From Rhizophagus irregularis (taxonomy: Eukaryota): a stretch of DNA of 64,000 nucleotides. A program made the translations under genes and the position numbers. This document shows positions 14,112 through 25,685 of this stretch, piece by piece. The notes beneath the pieces were generated by a model. That model made no database searches. It was given only the letters and a program-made list of their open reading frames with translations, and was not told where the DNA came from. The first letter of the stretch is position 1. Every line of letters begins with the position of its first letter. Location of the stretch: contig NC_089435.1 of NCBI RefSeq assembly GCF_026210795.1, positions 5,208,001-5,272,000 on the forward strand. Direction: 5' to 3'.

Positions 14112-14473
14112 TAAGGTGAATTTTATTGTATGCATAAGATATTTTTTTTTTATTGGTGTGGCAGGACTGGTGAATTTTATGTTTTTGCGATTAATTTGTA
14201 TATAAAATTTATTAATTTGAGTTTTTCTCATTTGGCTGATAACTGTTAAACAAATAAAAGAATTTTTATCCATGAAACACAAAATTATTTTGAATTTGAT
14301 CGCACAAAATTTATCAATTTTGTTAAAATTCATTTTTTTTTCCTCTTTCGCAATATTTGGAAAGTTAAATTTATTTCTATCAAGTCTGATGCCGAGTGCC
14401 GACCATAAGAAATTATAAATTTATGAAAAGTGTTACAAATTAACTTCTAGTTATTTGTTATATTATTTATATA

Positions 14474-14752
14474 CACTGGTAAAAAAATGGTCTATCTTAC
14501 ACATATCCTACACATATCTTACATATATCGGGTACTCAAAATGTAGAAAATCATACACAAATAATACACATATCATATACATATCAGGTACTTATATATA
14601 TAGTATACCTATCAGGTACCTGATATATGTATGATATATATATTAGTACCCGATATGTGTATGATATGTGTATTATTTGTGTATGATTTTCTACATTTTG
14701 AGTACCCAATATGTGTAAGATATGTGTAGGATAAATCATTTTTTTACCAGTG
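14474..14752. mobile_element. CACTG-ended palindromic MITE (CACTA/CMC-like)
   Basis: TIR cactggtaaaaaaatg / catttttttaccagtg; 3-bp TSD ata. Confidence 0.85.
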
Positions 14753-14894
14753 ATAGTATATATTATCAACACGTCATGCATATTTCTCTTAATTTTATAT
14801 TTATCATGCAAGAATTTTTTTTTAATAGATCAAAATCTGATTTCAATTTGATTTAATCGAGGTCATAATTCTTTAGGACTCTACCAAAATCATA

Positions 14895-15312
14895 CAGTGC
14901 ATACAACCTAGTCCCAATAAAAGAATTTTTAAGCGGCCAAATTTTTTACATTATGTAATACTTAATCCTGTAATTTTATTGGTCAGATTTATTTAATTTA
15001 AGTTATAATTCTTAATTCTAGTCAAATTTATATAGTTAATAATTAAACGAAAGTAATTTTGGCCAGATTTACATGTAATTCTGGTCAGAATAAAATGGCC
15101 AAATAATTAATTTAATAGTAAAATATTCCAACTTTGAATTGTTACTACTTTATTAAAAAATACTTTATAGGAAATTTAAAAACATAGTTTTATTAAACTT
15201 AATCTGGTTTATCATTGTATGTTTATACTTTATGTTTATCCTTTTTTTTGAATGAATAGTAGTAATTTAAATTTCATCAAATTTAATTGCTAGGACTAAG
15301 TTGTATGCACTG
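14895..15312. mobile_element. Tc1/mariner-like MITE
   Basis: TIR cagtgcatacaacctagtcc / ggactaagttgtatgcactg; TA TSD. Confidence 0.85.
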
Positions 15313-16609
15313 TATAATTCGACTCACAGATTACGAATTAATTTTATAAATCTAGTAAATTTGATAAATTAACCTATTATGGCATATACATGTATTCATG
15401 TGATCATCTAAAAATAGCTAAACACGAATTAAATAAACAAACTTAATATTCTCTATACGCTCTATTTTGCAAGGACCGCTCATTGTACATTTGCGTAGCA
15501 GAAGACTAAGCAGAAGTATCATGAAAAGTATTTATATATATTCATAGGCTTTATGAATATTTATAATATTAATAAATTATACATGAAAAAGCTTTGCAAC
15601 AGCTGCTGGAAAAATGAACGCGTACTTTCAATATAGTAGAAGTATGGAAGTTATTTATATTTCATAATTTCATTAATATTCGTAGGTTTACGACTATTTC
15701 ATAATATAAATAATTGTTCATGGAAAGTTTTGCGTACAATATAATAATAAAGGTATGGAAAGTATTTATACTCCATAATTTAACTATTTTATACAATATT
15801 AATAATTATAACTGTTGGTCTAACTTTTGAACTTATAAAGTAAAAATAAAATTAACGCGTGCTCTCAATGTAGTAGTGTAGAAGGAATGGAAGGTATTTG
15901 TACTTTGTAATTTCGTTAATGTGTTTACATCTTTTTTATAAAAAATATTAATAATCACGCATAATGAACTGTTGGTTTAACTTTTTGAACTTGTAGAAAT
16001 AAAGTTAACACGTGCTTTCAATGTAATAGTGTAGAAGGAATGAAAGGTATTTGTACTTTATAGTTTCGTTAATATTCGTATGTTTACGTCTTTTTTATAA
16101 AATATTAATAATCACATAAAATGACAACTGTTGGCCTAACTTATTGAACTTGAATATTCGTTGATGCAGAAATGAATTTAACGCTCTCAACGTAGTAGTG
16201 TAGAAGGAATGGAAGGTATGTATTTCACGATTTTGTTAATGTTCGTATGTTTACGTCTTTTTTTATAAAAAATATTAATAATCACGCATATTGAAACTGT
16301 TGGTTTAACTTTTTGAACTTGTAGAAATAAAGTTAACGTGTGCTCTCAACGTAATAGTGTAGAAGAGATGGAAGGTATGTATTCCTTAATTTCGTTAATG
16401 TTCGTAGGTTTATGACTTTTTAATAATAATCACAACTGTTAATCCAACTTTTTGAACTTGTAATTGTTTGTTTGACATAGTAGTGTAGAAGGAATGGAAG
16501 GTATATACTTCATGATTTCGTTAATGTTCGTATGTTTACGTCTTTTTTATAAAAAATATTAATAATCACGCATATTGAAACTGTTGGTTTAACTTTTTGA
16601 ACTTGTAGA

Positions 16610-16786
16610 TATACATGCTGCCCAAATTATTTTGGGATGCCATAATTATAATTTGGAATGTCATAATTTATTCAGTTTATATATAATTTACTATGTAAAA
16701 TGCCAAAATAATTTGGGATGCCATAATTGAATTTGGGATTTTACTTATAATTACGGCAGTCCAAAATAATTTGGGTGGTATGTATA
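16610..16786. mobile_element. MITE with 8-bp TSD inserted in the array
   Basis: TIR tatacatgctgcccaaattattttgg / ccaaaataatttgggtggtatgtata; TSD cttgtaga. Confidence 0.8.
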
Positions 16787-16856
16787 CTTGTAGAAATAAA
16801 GTTAACGCGCTTCTTAACGAATAGCCGTAGTGTAGAAGGGATACAAGGTCCCTCTA

Positions 16857-17801
16857 TAGTCACTCCCGTTATAGTCACATTCTACTATATAGTCACACTA
16901 GTTGAATGTTCAAAACACTTTATTATTAAAATCTATCCTATATAGTCACAATCTATCTATAGTCACTATCACACCTATCCTCAAAAATCTTATATTAAAA
17001 AGAACTGTTTATAATCACAGTTATATAATGAATATATTAAATAACTTGGCATCTAATAATCGTACAAAGATGTATCATAGCTTGTTAGAATCGTCTTACT
17101 GAGACGAATCGAATGGTGGTAGTTTTATCCTTTTCCGATCACTAGCTGACGAGTTATTCAACAAAATGTCAAACATCGGGATTATAATATTTCTTGATTT
17201 ACGTTTACTGCGCCATTTAACATTTTACTAGATTTCTCAGTACTTAGTGATTGTAAAAAGACGATTTATAGCTCGTTGGAATCGCCTCATCGAGACGAAT
17301 CGAATGGTGGTAGGCTCATCTCTCTGTGATCAATATTGACGGAGTTACTACTTAAAAACTATTTAATATTTTTTAATTTCGGAAATTGATCTAGTGATTG
17401 GATTTCAATGTATTTTATACCATTAGATTCGTCTCATCAAGACGAATCGAATGGTAGTAAGATCGTCTTTCTAGGATCAATATTGGCAGAGTTACTACAC
17501 AAAAACCATTAATATTTTTTTAATTTCGGAAATTAATCTAGTGATTGGATTTCGACGTATTTTATACCATTAGAACCGTCTCATCAAGACGAATCGAATG
17601 GCGGTAAGATCATCTCTCTACGATTAATATTGGCAAAGTTACGATACAATAAAGTTTTAAGTATAATTCTAGCTAAAATTATGTTAATTTTTGGCCGGAA
17701 TTATGATATACAAATATAAGAAATTTTTTATATAGTCACATCTCTTTATAATCACCAAATATGGACTGTCCCAAATGTGTGACTATAAAGAGAGTTGACT
17801 G
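16857..17801. mobile_element. Tc1/mariner(pogo)-like MITE carrying four GAATCGTCT-N5-AGACGAATC sites
   Basis: Ends tagtcactcccgttatagtcaca / tgtgactataaagagagttgactg, TA-flanked; the host array resumes after it. Confidence 0.75.
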
Positions 17802-18714
17802 TATTCCTTAATTTCGTTAATGTTCATATGTTTACGACTTTTTAATAATAATCACAACTGTTTGGTCCAACTTTTTGAACTTGTAATGTTTGTTTGATGT
17901 AGAGATGAATTTAACGCTCTCAACGTAGTAGTGTAGAAGGAATGGAAGGTATGTACTTCACGATTTCGTTAATGTTCGTATGTTTACGTCTTTTTTATAA
18001 AAAATATTAATAATCTTGCATATTGAAACTGTTGGTTTAACCTTTTGAACTTGTAGAAATAAAGTTAACGCATGCTCCCAATGTAATAGTGTAGAAGAAA
18101 TGGAAGGTATATATTCCTTAATTTCGTTAATGTTCGTAAGTTTACTTTTTTTTTTATAAAAAATATTAATAATCACGCATAATGATAACTGTTGGTCTAA
18201 CTTTTGATCTTGTAATATTCGTTGATGCAGAAATGAATTTAACGCATGCTATCAACGTAGCAGTGTAAAAGGACTGAAGGTATGTACTTCATAATTTCGT
18301 TAATGTTCGTATGACTTTATTACAATTATGTTTATAGGTTAAGTTTTAATAACAATTTGTCTTTACAACACATTTTTTTGATATTAACAAATAATGTTAT
18401 CCAAATGACTTTTATTTTATAATATCAGATATAACAAAATATTAATCACAGATGAAATAGAAGTGAAGTTGAAAAATAAAAAGTCAAAGAACGAAAGTCA
18501 AATAAATGAAGATGAGCGACAAATAAGATTAAAAAAATTCTATTGACGAGATTGAACGCAATATTATGATAGTTTTAAATACAAATTATTTATTGTAGCT
18601 ATATTTTGAATAAAAATACAAAAATTACATAAATTTATAAAATATTACGTGTAAGTTACAGTGAAAAATATTATTTTGTAATTACATATATTAATCACTT
18701 GAATTTGTGAAAAA

Positions 18715-19262
18715 AGTTCGCGAAATAATAATATTTTGGAAAAGTTTCAAAATATTGTACCGTAAACCTGTGAAATTCTGCGATGTAAAATTACGAAATG
18801 TTATACTTTCAGAAAAGTTTCGAAATATTATACCGTAAACCTACGAAATTCTGTGATGTAAAATTACGAAATATTATACCTTCAGAAAAGTTTCGAAATA
18901 TTATACCGTAAACCTACGAAATCCTACGACGTAAAATTACGAAATATTACACTTTCAAAAAGTTTCAAAATATTGCACCTGTAAACCTACGAAAATCCCA
19001 TGACATAAAATTACAAAATATTACACTTTCGAAAAGTTTTGAAATATTGCACCGTAAATCTAAGAAATTCTACGATGTAAAATTTACATACATGGCAATA
19101 TTACACTGTAATTCTACGAAATATTACGCGTAAACTTACGAAATATTGCGTTGAACTTACAAAATATATCTGTTACGTAATTTTTTGAAGGTCATGTAAA
19201 TTTACGGAGTATTTCGCAGGTGTAAATTTTCGTAATATTACGTCGTATTCAATTTGCAGATG
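18715..19262. repeat. ~62-bp subterminal-type tandem repeats ending in a CATCTG-type terminus
   Basis: Unit gaaaagtttcgaaatattataccgtaaacctacgaaattctgcgatgtaaaattacgaaatattatac; ends aatttgcagatg. The partner end was not found. Confidence 0.6.
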
Positions 19263-20404
19263 AATTTAGTGTAAACGTTATAACAATTTAAAACATTGAT
19301 TTAATAATTTTACATAATTTATTACAATATTATTTATTAACAAATGCACAATTATTATTTAACGATGAGAATCTATATTAATCTATATTCATCAGATATC
19401 CAATGATCCATGGGTAATCCACACCTCTAATTCATTCATGTATCTAATGTCCGATGCCAAAGTAGAAGCTAGTGAAAACCTACAAGAAGGAAGAAAAGAA
19501 ACGTCAGTTAACGTTTCTTAAAAAAAATAATAATTAATTAAGTTTCGCAACACAATGTTGCGAAACTCACTGGTTCATTTTGATTTCCATTATCCAAACG
19601 TCTGGAACCTACAAAAAGTAAAAAAGAAATGTTAGGTAATGTTTCTTTTTAAAAAAAAAGAATAAAAATTAAGTTTCACAACACAATGTTGCGAAACTTA
19701 CCGGTTCGTTTCGATTTCTATTATCCAAACGTCCAGAACTTACAAAAAGTAAAAAAGAAACGTTAGTTAACATTTCTTTTAATAAAAAAAAACAAAAATT
19801 AAGTTTCGCAATGTAACATTGCGAAACTTACCGGTCGTTTCATTCATTCTGACGTCCGGAACTTACAAAAAGTAAAAGAAAAAAACGTTAGTTAACGTTT
19901 CTTAAAAAAAAATAAATAAAAATAAAGTTTCGCAACACAATGTTGCGAAACTCACTGGTTCGTTTCGAACTCCATCATCCAAACGTCCGGTGTTTCTACA
20001 AAAAAAAAAGGAAACTTAAAAACGTTTCCTTACAAAAAAAATTTAAAAAATATTTTTTTTTAAAAAAGTTTCGAAGCGAAAAACGCTTCAAAACTTACCC
20101 TTTTGGTTCCTTACTTCCTGAAGTCGAATACCGAAAACCTACACAAAAGAAAATAAAGGATCGTTAAAACGTTCCTTATAAAAGTAAAAAAAAAAATTTA
20201 AAGTTTTGAAGCGAAATGCTTCAAAACTTACCATCATTTCATTTTCTCGTTTCAGTAAAAGCATCGAAAATCTTACAAAAAAGAAGAAAGGAAACGTTAG
20301 AAACGTTTCTTTACAAAAAAGAATTAAAAAAAAGATTTTTTAAAAAGTTTCGTAATGAAATGAAACTTACTTAACGTTCTGAACACTCTGATCCTACAAA
20401 AAGG

Positions 20405-23400
20405 CACTGGTCAAAATAGTCCAAATCGGCTAGAAATCGGATGTCCGATTTTAGGCTGAATTTGGTGATAAATATGGCCGATTTATTAATTTAGGCAAAG
20501 TTCTGATTGGCAGGCCGATCGATGCCGATCAGAATGTCTGAATTGTATCTGAATTGCTTAGTATTTTTAATCCGAATTGTTTAAAAAATATTATTCATAA
20601 ATTTACCGAATTGCAGTGAATTTATTCTGAATTATGGTAAATTTGTGACAAAAGTTTCTGAATTGTAGTAAAATTTATTCCAAATTGTAGTAAAATTTAT
20701 TCCGATTTGTAGTAAAATTTATTCCAATTTGTAGTAAAATTTATTCTGATTTGTAGTAAAATTTATTCCGAATTGTAGTAAAATTTATTCCGATTTGTAG
20801 TAAAATTTATTCTGATTTGTAGTAAAATTTATTCCGATTTGTAGTAAAAAATTTATTCTGATTTGTATTCTGAATTGTATCGCAAATTACAGTAAATTTT
20901 ATTCTGAAATTTAAAATATTACATATACATATAAAACAATTTCACCAAAAATCATCCCAACTTTCTAACAAATCCGGTATATGTTAAATTCCTTAATTCC
21001 CATTTGTTTCTACAAATTGGAGATGATTTTCCTACAAAAAAAAAAAGAAAAAACATTAAAATAACGTTTTTTTTTAAGTTTCAAGTTTCAAAAATCAAAA
21101 CGTTACCTGTAGGATGGCAAATCGAAGCCAATTTCCATACAAAAAAATAAATAAAATATAATAAAAAATGTTAAATTAAACATTTTTATTAAGTTTCGTC
21201 AAAAAGTTTCGAAAAATCGAAACTTTACCTGCGGATTCTGGTACAATTTGGAGCTGATTTCCTGCAAAAAAAAATAATAAAAAATAATAAAAAAAACGTT
21301 AAATTAAACGTTTTTTTATTAATTTGCGTCAAAAAGTTTCGACGAAACTTTACCTGCGGGATTCTGGTACAATTTGGAGCCGATTTCCCTGCAAAAAAAA
21401 TAATAAAATCTAATAAAAAAATGTTAATTTAAACGTTTTTTTATTAAGTTTCATAAAGTTTCGAAGTTTCATAAAGTTTCGAAACTTTGAAACTTTACTT
21501 GCGGGATTCCGATATCCAATTTGGAGCTGATTTCCTGCAAAAAAAATTAATAAAAATAATAAAAAAAACGTTAAATTAAACATTTTTTTTATTAATTTGC
21601 GTCAAAAAGTTTCGAAAAATCAAAACTTTACTTGCGGGATTCCGGTATCCAATTTGGAGCTGATTTTCCTGCAAAAATATTAATAAAATATAATAAAAAA
21701 CGTTATATTAAACATTTTTTTTATTAAGTTTCGTAAAGTTTCGAAACTTCGAAACTTTACTTGCGGGATTCCGGTATCCAATTTGGAGCCGATTTCCTGC
21801 AAAAAAAAAATAATAAAAATAATAAAAAAACGTTAATTTAAACGTTTTTTTATTAATTTGCGTCAAAAAGTTTCGAAAATCGAAACTACTTGCAGGATTC
21901 CGATATCCAATTTGGAGCTGATTTCCTGCAAAAAAAATTAATAAAAATAATAAAAAAACGTTAAATTTAAACGTTTTTTTATTAATTTTTTCAAAAAAGT
22001 TTCGAAAAATCGAAACTTTGCATGTGGGACCGGTATCCATATTGGAGCCGATTTCCCTGCAAAAATATTAATAAAATATAATAAAAAACGTTATATTAAA
22101 CATTTTTTATTAATTTTTTTCAAAAAGTTTCGAAAAATCGAAACTTTGCATGTGCAATTTCGGTATCCATATTGGAGCCGATTTCCCTACAAAAATATTA
22201 ATAAAATATAATAAAAAACGTTATATTAAACGTTTTTTATTAATTTTTTTCAAAAAGTTTCGAAAAATCGAAACTTTGCATGTGGGATTCCGGTATCCAT
22301 ATTGGAGCCGATTTCCCTGCAAAAAAAAATAATAAAATATAATAAAAAACGTTATATTAAACGTTTTTTATTAATTTTTTTCAAAAAGTTTCGAAAAATC
22401 GAAACTTTACCTGCGGGATTCTGGTATCCATATTGGAGCCGATTTCCCTGCAAAAAAAAATAATAAAATATAATAAAAAACGTTAAATTAAACGTTTTTT
22501 ATTAATTTTTGTCAAAAAGTTTCGAAAATTCGAAACTTTACGGTATTCCTACAATAATATTAAAAAAAAACGTTAAACGTTTTTTTCAAAGAAGTTTCGA
22601 AAATGCGAAACTTATCTGGAATATCGGCGTCCACGTTGGAGCCGATTTCCTATACAAAAGTAAAAAAAAACGTTTTTAGTAATATTAAAAAACGTTTTTT
22701 AAAGTTTTTGAAACTTTTGTTTCGAAACTTACCTTTGGAAATCAGTATCCAATAGGGAGCCGATTTCCTATATAAAAGTATAAAAAAAATGTTAGAAAAC
22801 GTTTTTTTTTATAAAGTTTCGAAGAAATTCTTCAAAACTTACCTTTGGAATTCGGTATCCAAGTAGGAGACGATTTCCTATATAAAAGTATAAAAAAAAC
22901 GTTAGAAAACGTTTTTTTTTATAAAGTTTCAAAGAAATTCTTCAAAACTTACCTTTGGAATTCGGTATCCAAGTAGGAGCCGATTTTCTATTTAAAAGTA
23001 TAAAAAAAAAATGTTAGAAAACGTTTTTTAAAGTAATAGTTTTGCAAAAAAAAATTAATAAAATCAGAACGTTAACTAATGTTCTGATTGAAAATATTAA
23101 ATGAAAAGTTAAAAAACGTTTTGTAAAAAATAAAAATGTTAAAAATTGGAACATTATTTCCGATAAAAAATTAAAAAAAAATCCCAAAACGTTTAAAACC
23201 GTTTTGTTTAGGAATGAAGTTAGATGAAGATAAAGTTTCGAAACTTTAGTTTAAATAAAGTCTAAATTCGGTAATAGATCAACTAATTGCCAGATTAATT
23301 TTACTGTGGCTGCGGCTTAGTACATCATAAGTTGATTTTGAAAAATCGTTTATTCGAATAACTTCTAAAATTGAGACAATTTTTCCATGCCCAAAAGTTT

Positions 23401-24280
23401 TGATTTCGACCAGTGCAATTTGATATAAAAGTGCCATAAATCAGACAATATTAGGCAAATTTTAAGCTGTTAATCAAATATGATAATTTTTTGCTAAATT
23501 TTTATTGAATTTTTATTGAATTGTTAATTTTCCATAAATCTGAAGTACATATTTGAATATTGTAAATTTTAGGTTGATTTACAAATTTGTCAGATTTTTT
23601 TTTTGATATCAATCAGCCGTCAATCAAATATAATGATTTTTTAACAAATTTTTGTTGGATTTTTATTGAATTTTTATTGAATTGTCAATTTTCCATAAAT
23701 CTGAAGTACATATTTGAATATTGGGTAAATTTTAGGTTGATTTGCCATTTTGTCAGATTTTTTTTTTTAATTTCAACCAGCATCAATCAGCTGTCAATCA
23801 AATATAATGATTTTTTGCTGAATTTTTATTGAATTTTTATTGAATATTTATTGAATTGTCAATTTTCCATAAATCTGAAGTACATATTTGAATATTGGGC
23901 AAATTTTAGGTTGATTTGCTATTTTGTCCATTTTTTTTTTAATTTCAACCAGCATCAATCAGCCGTCAATCAAATATAATGATTTTTTGCTGAATTTTTA
24001 TTGAATTTTTATTGAATATTTATTGAATTGTCAATTTTCCATAAATCGGAAGTGCATATTTGAATATTGGGCAAATTTTAGGTTGATTTGCCATTTGTCT
24101 ATTTTTTTGATTTCAACTAGCATCAATCAGCCGTCAATCAAATATAATGATTTTTTGCTGAATTTTTATCAAATTGTCTGATTGGCATCAATCAGATGTG
24201 CCGATTTATAATGTTAGTCAATTTTGGTCTGATTTTTGGCCGATTTTCCATATGTCCGATTTTTTTAATTTCGACCAGTG
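20405..24280. mobile_element. 3.9-kb non-autonomous CACTG element (CACTA/CMC-like)
   Basis: TIR cactggtcaaaat / atttcgaccagtg; 3-bp TSD agg; removal restores a host array unit. Contains a 21-bp tandem (20640-20900), array B (21030-23030), an extra internal right end at 23415 and a ~122-bp tandem (23470-24180). Confidence 0.9.
21030..23030 (-). repeat. Array B: about 18 intron/micro-exon units of ~100-120 bp
   Basis: Minus-strand donor GTAAAGTTTCG or GTAAGTTT (GCAAAG in some units), TTAAC in an AAACGTTT hairpin, TTTTGCAG/TAG acceptor; exon ~gaaatcggctccaaattggataccggaatcccgcag (35-37 nt). Confidence 0.8.
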
Positions 24281-25258
24281 AGGATAAAGGAAACGTTTTC
24301 TAAACGTTTTCTAATAAAAAATTAAAAAAAAAAATTGAGTTTCGAAGTGAAAGTGTTTCACTTTGAAACTTACCATATCGAAGTAAATGCTTCGAAACTT
24401 CATGGTTTACCGAACTTGAAGACAAACCATACTCCTCTTTGAAGGTTTTCCTTCACCTCGTCTACTAAACATAAGAATTCCACGCATCGACCCAAAAATG
24501 AATAGACCATATCTTGGGACCCTTCTCAACAATGTGAATTTTACGGCAAAACTCATTTTCCAAAATCGAATACGTTAAATATCTACAAAAAAACAAGTAT
24601 AGGAGTCAGTTTCTAAAAGATATTAAAAACACAATTTTTAAAAAGTTTCAAAGCGTTTCGCTTTGAAACTTACCATTATTTTTCTGAAAGACGATTCTGG
24701 GAAGGGAAAAGGGAAGGGGAAGGGAATGAAAGAGAAAGGGGGAAAACGAAATGGGAAGGGAGAACGAAGGAGAAAAGGGAGGGGAACGAAATAGGAAGGG
24801 AGAACGAAAGAGAAAAGGGGGAAAACGAAATGGGAAGGGGAGAACGAAGAGAAAAAGGGAAGAGAACGAAATGGAAATGGGAAAAGGCGAAAGAAATTGA
24901 AAGATCATAAGAAAAAATTAAGCTTTTACTAAAAAAAGCTTAATTTTTTTTCGCTATACCGCAGCAGGCGCAGCTTCAGTTACGCCTGCTGCGGTAATTA
25001 TTAGTAATATCACGTGATATACGTGATATATATTTTTATATAAATAGGGGCATTTTCCCTGAAAAAAATTTTTTTTTTTATTATAATTTTTTTGATAGAT
25101 GTATATATATACTTATATATATACATATATATATATCTATCTAATAAATATAAGTAATTTTATGGGGTTTAGGAATATCAGGGTTTTTTTTCTGAAGGAA
25201 AAAAACTATGGTATTCCACCCACATGAAATTACTAAGTTATACCCAGAAGCGTGTGAC

Positions 25259-25502
25259 TAAGGTTGCTTGCCGAAACCTAGGGGTTTAGGCAAGATGGCG
25301 TTTCGCCGAAAAGCGAAATTCTGCCGAAACTATATTAAAGTTATATTAAAAAACTGGCGAAACTTTGGAGAAAGGCGAAACTGCCAAAACTTATTATAAA
25401 TGCCGAAACTGCTGAAACTCTGCCGAAACTATAATAAATCTATAGTAAACTTTTGACGAAACTAATCGTAGGATTTTGAAGAGGTTTAGACAAGCAACCT
25501 TA
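25259..25502. mobile_element. hAT MITE, TAAGGTTGC family
   Basis: TIR taaggttgcttg / caagcaacctta; perfect 8-bp TSD cgtgtgac; gccgaaac subterminal motifs. Confidence 0.95.
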
Positions 25503-25685
25503 CGTGTGACTTATGATCACTGTATTATCACGTGTATGATTATAAACTTTTTTACTTTTTTTATACTTTTTATACTTTTACTATCACACGTACAAATTAT
25601 TTTATTTTTTTCCCTTAAATATTTTTCTACGTTCTTTAAACAAATAATTTTCTTTTACATACAACTGAAGACTGAAAGGATAAAG

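Larger units (their letters stand above)
4327..14332. repeat. Tandem segmental triplication of a ~3-kb unit plus a partial fourth copy
   Basis: Units start at about 4327, 8136 and 11213 (atatatgtttatttgttttaataaatt...ggcaggactggtg), with a partial copy from ~14140. Each full unit has a ~120-bp repeat leader and the same spliced gene. Confidence 0.95.
15490..18320 (+). repeat. ~120-bp tandem array with plus-strand splice-like signals
   Basis: Repeated ...gtgtagaaggaatggaag|gtatgt...gtctaac/ttaac...ttgtag|aaataaagttaacgcg; interrupted by two MITEs. Confidence 0.85.
19480..24680 (-). repeat. Array A: about 9 hairpin-intron/micro-exon units (19480-20404 and 24281-24680)
   Basis: Minus-strand unit GT(A/G)AGTTTCG...CGAAACTT...GAAACGTT..(C/T)TAACGTTTC..TTTTGTAG separated by mostly 25-40-nt variable segments; split by the 20405-24280 insertion. 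Confidence 0.8.
19372..25004 (+). mobile_element. Possible non-autonomous Helitron carrying a minus-strand intron/micro-exon array
   Basis: 5' a|TCtatatt at 19372. A GC-rich hairpin at 24957-24996 is followed by atta-ttag|t, a possible degenerate CTAG. No TSD or TIR. Confidence 0.35.

Noticed and set aside
24648..24908. 86-aa Phe/Pro/Ser-rich ORF
   Set aside because: Translation of a low-complexity purine/pyrimidine tract.
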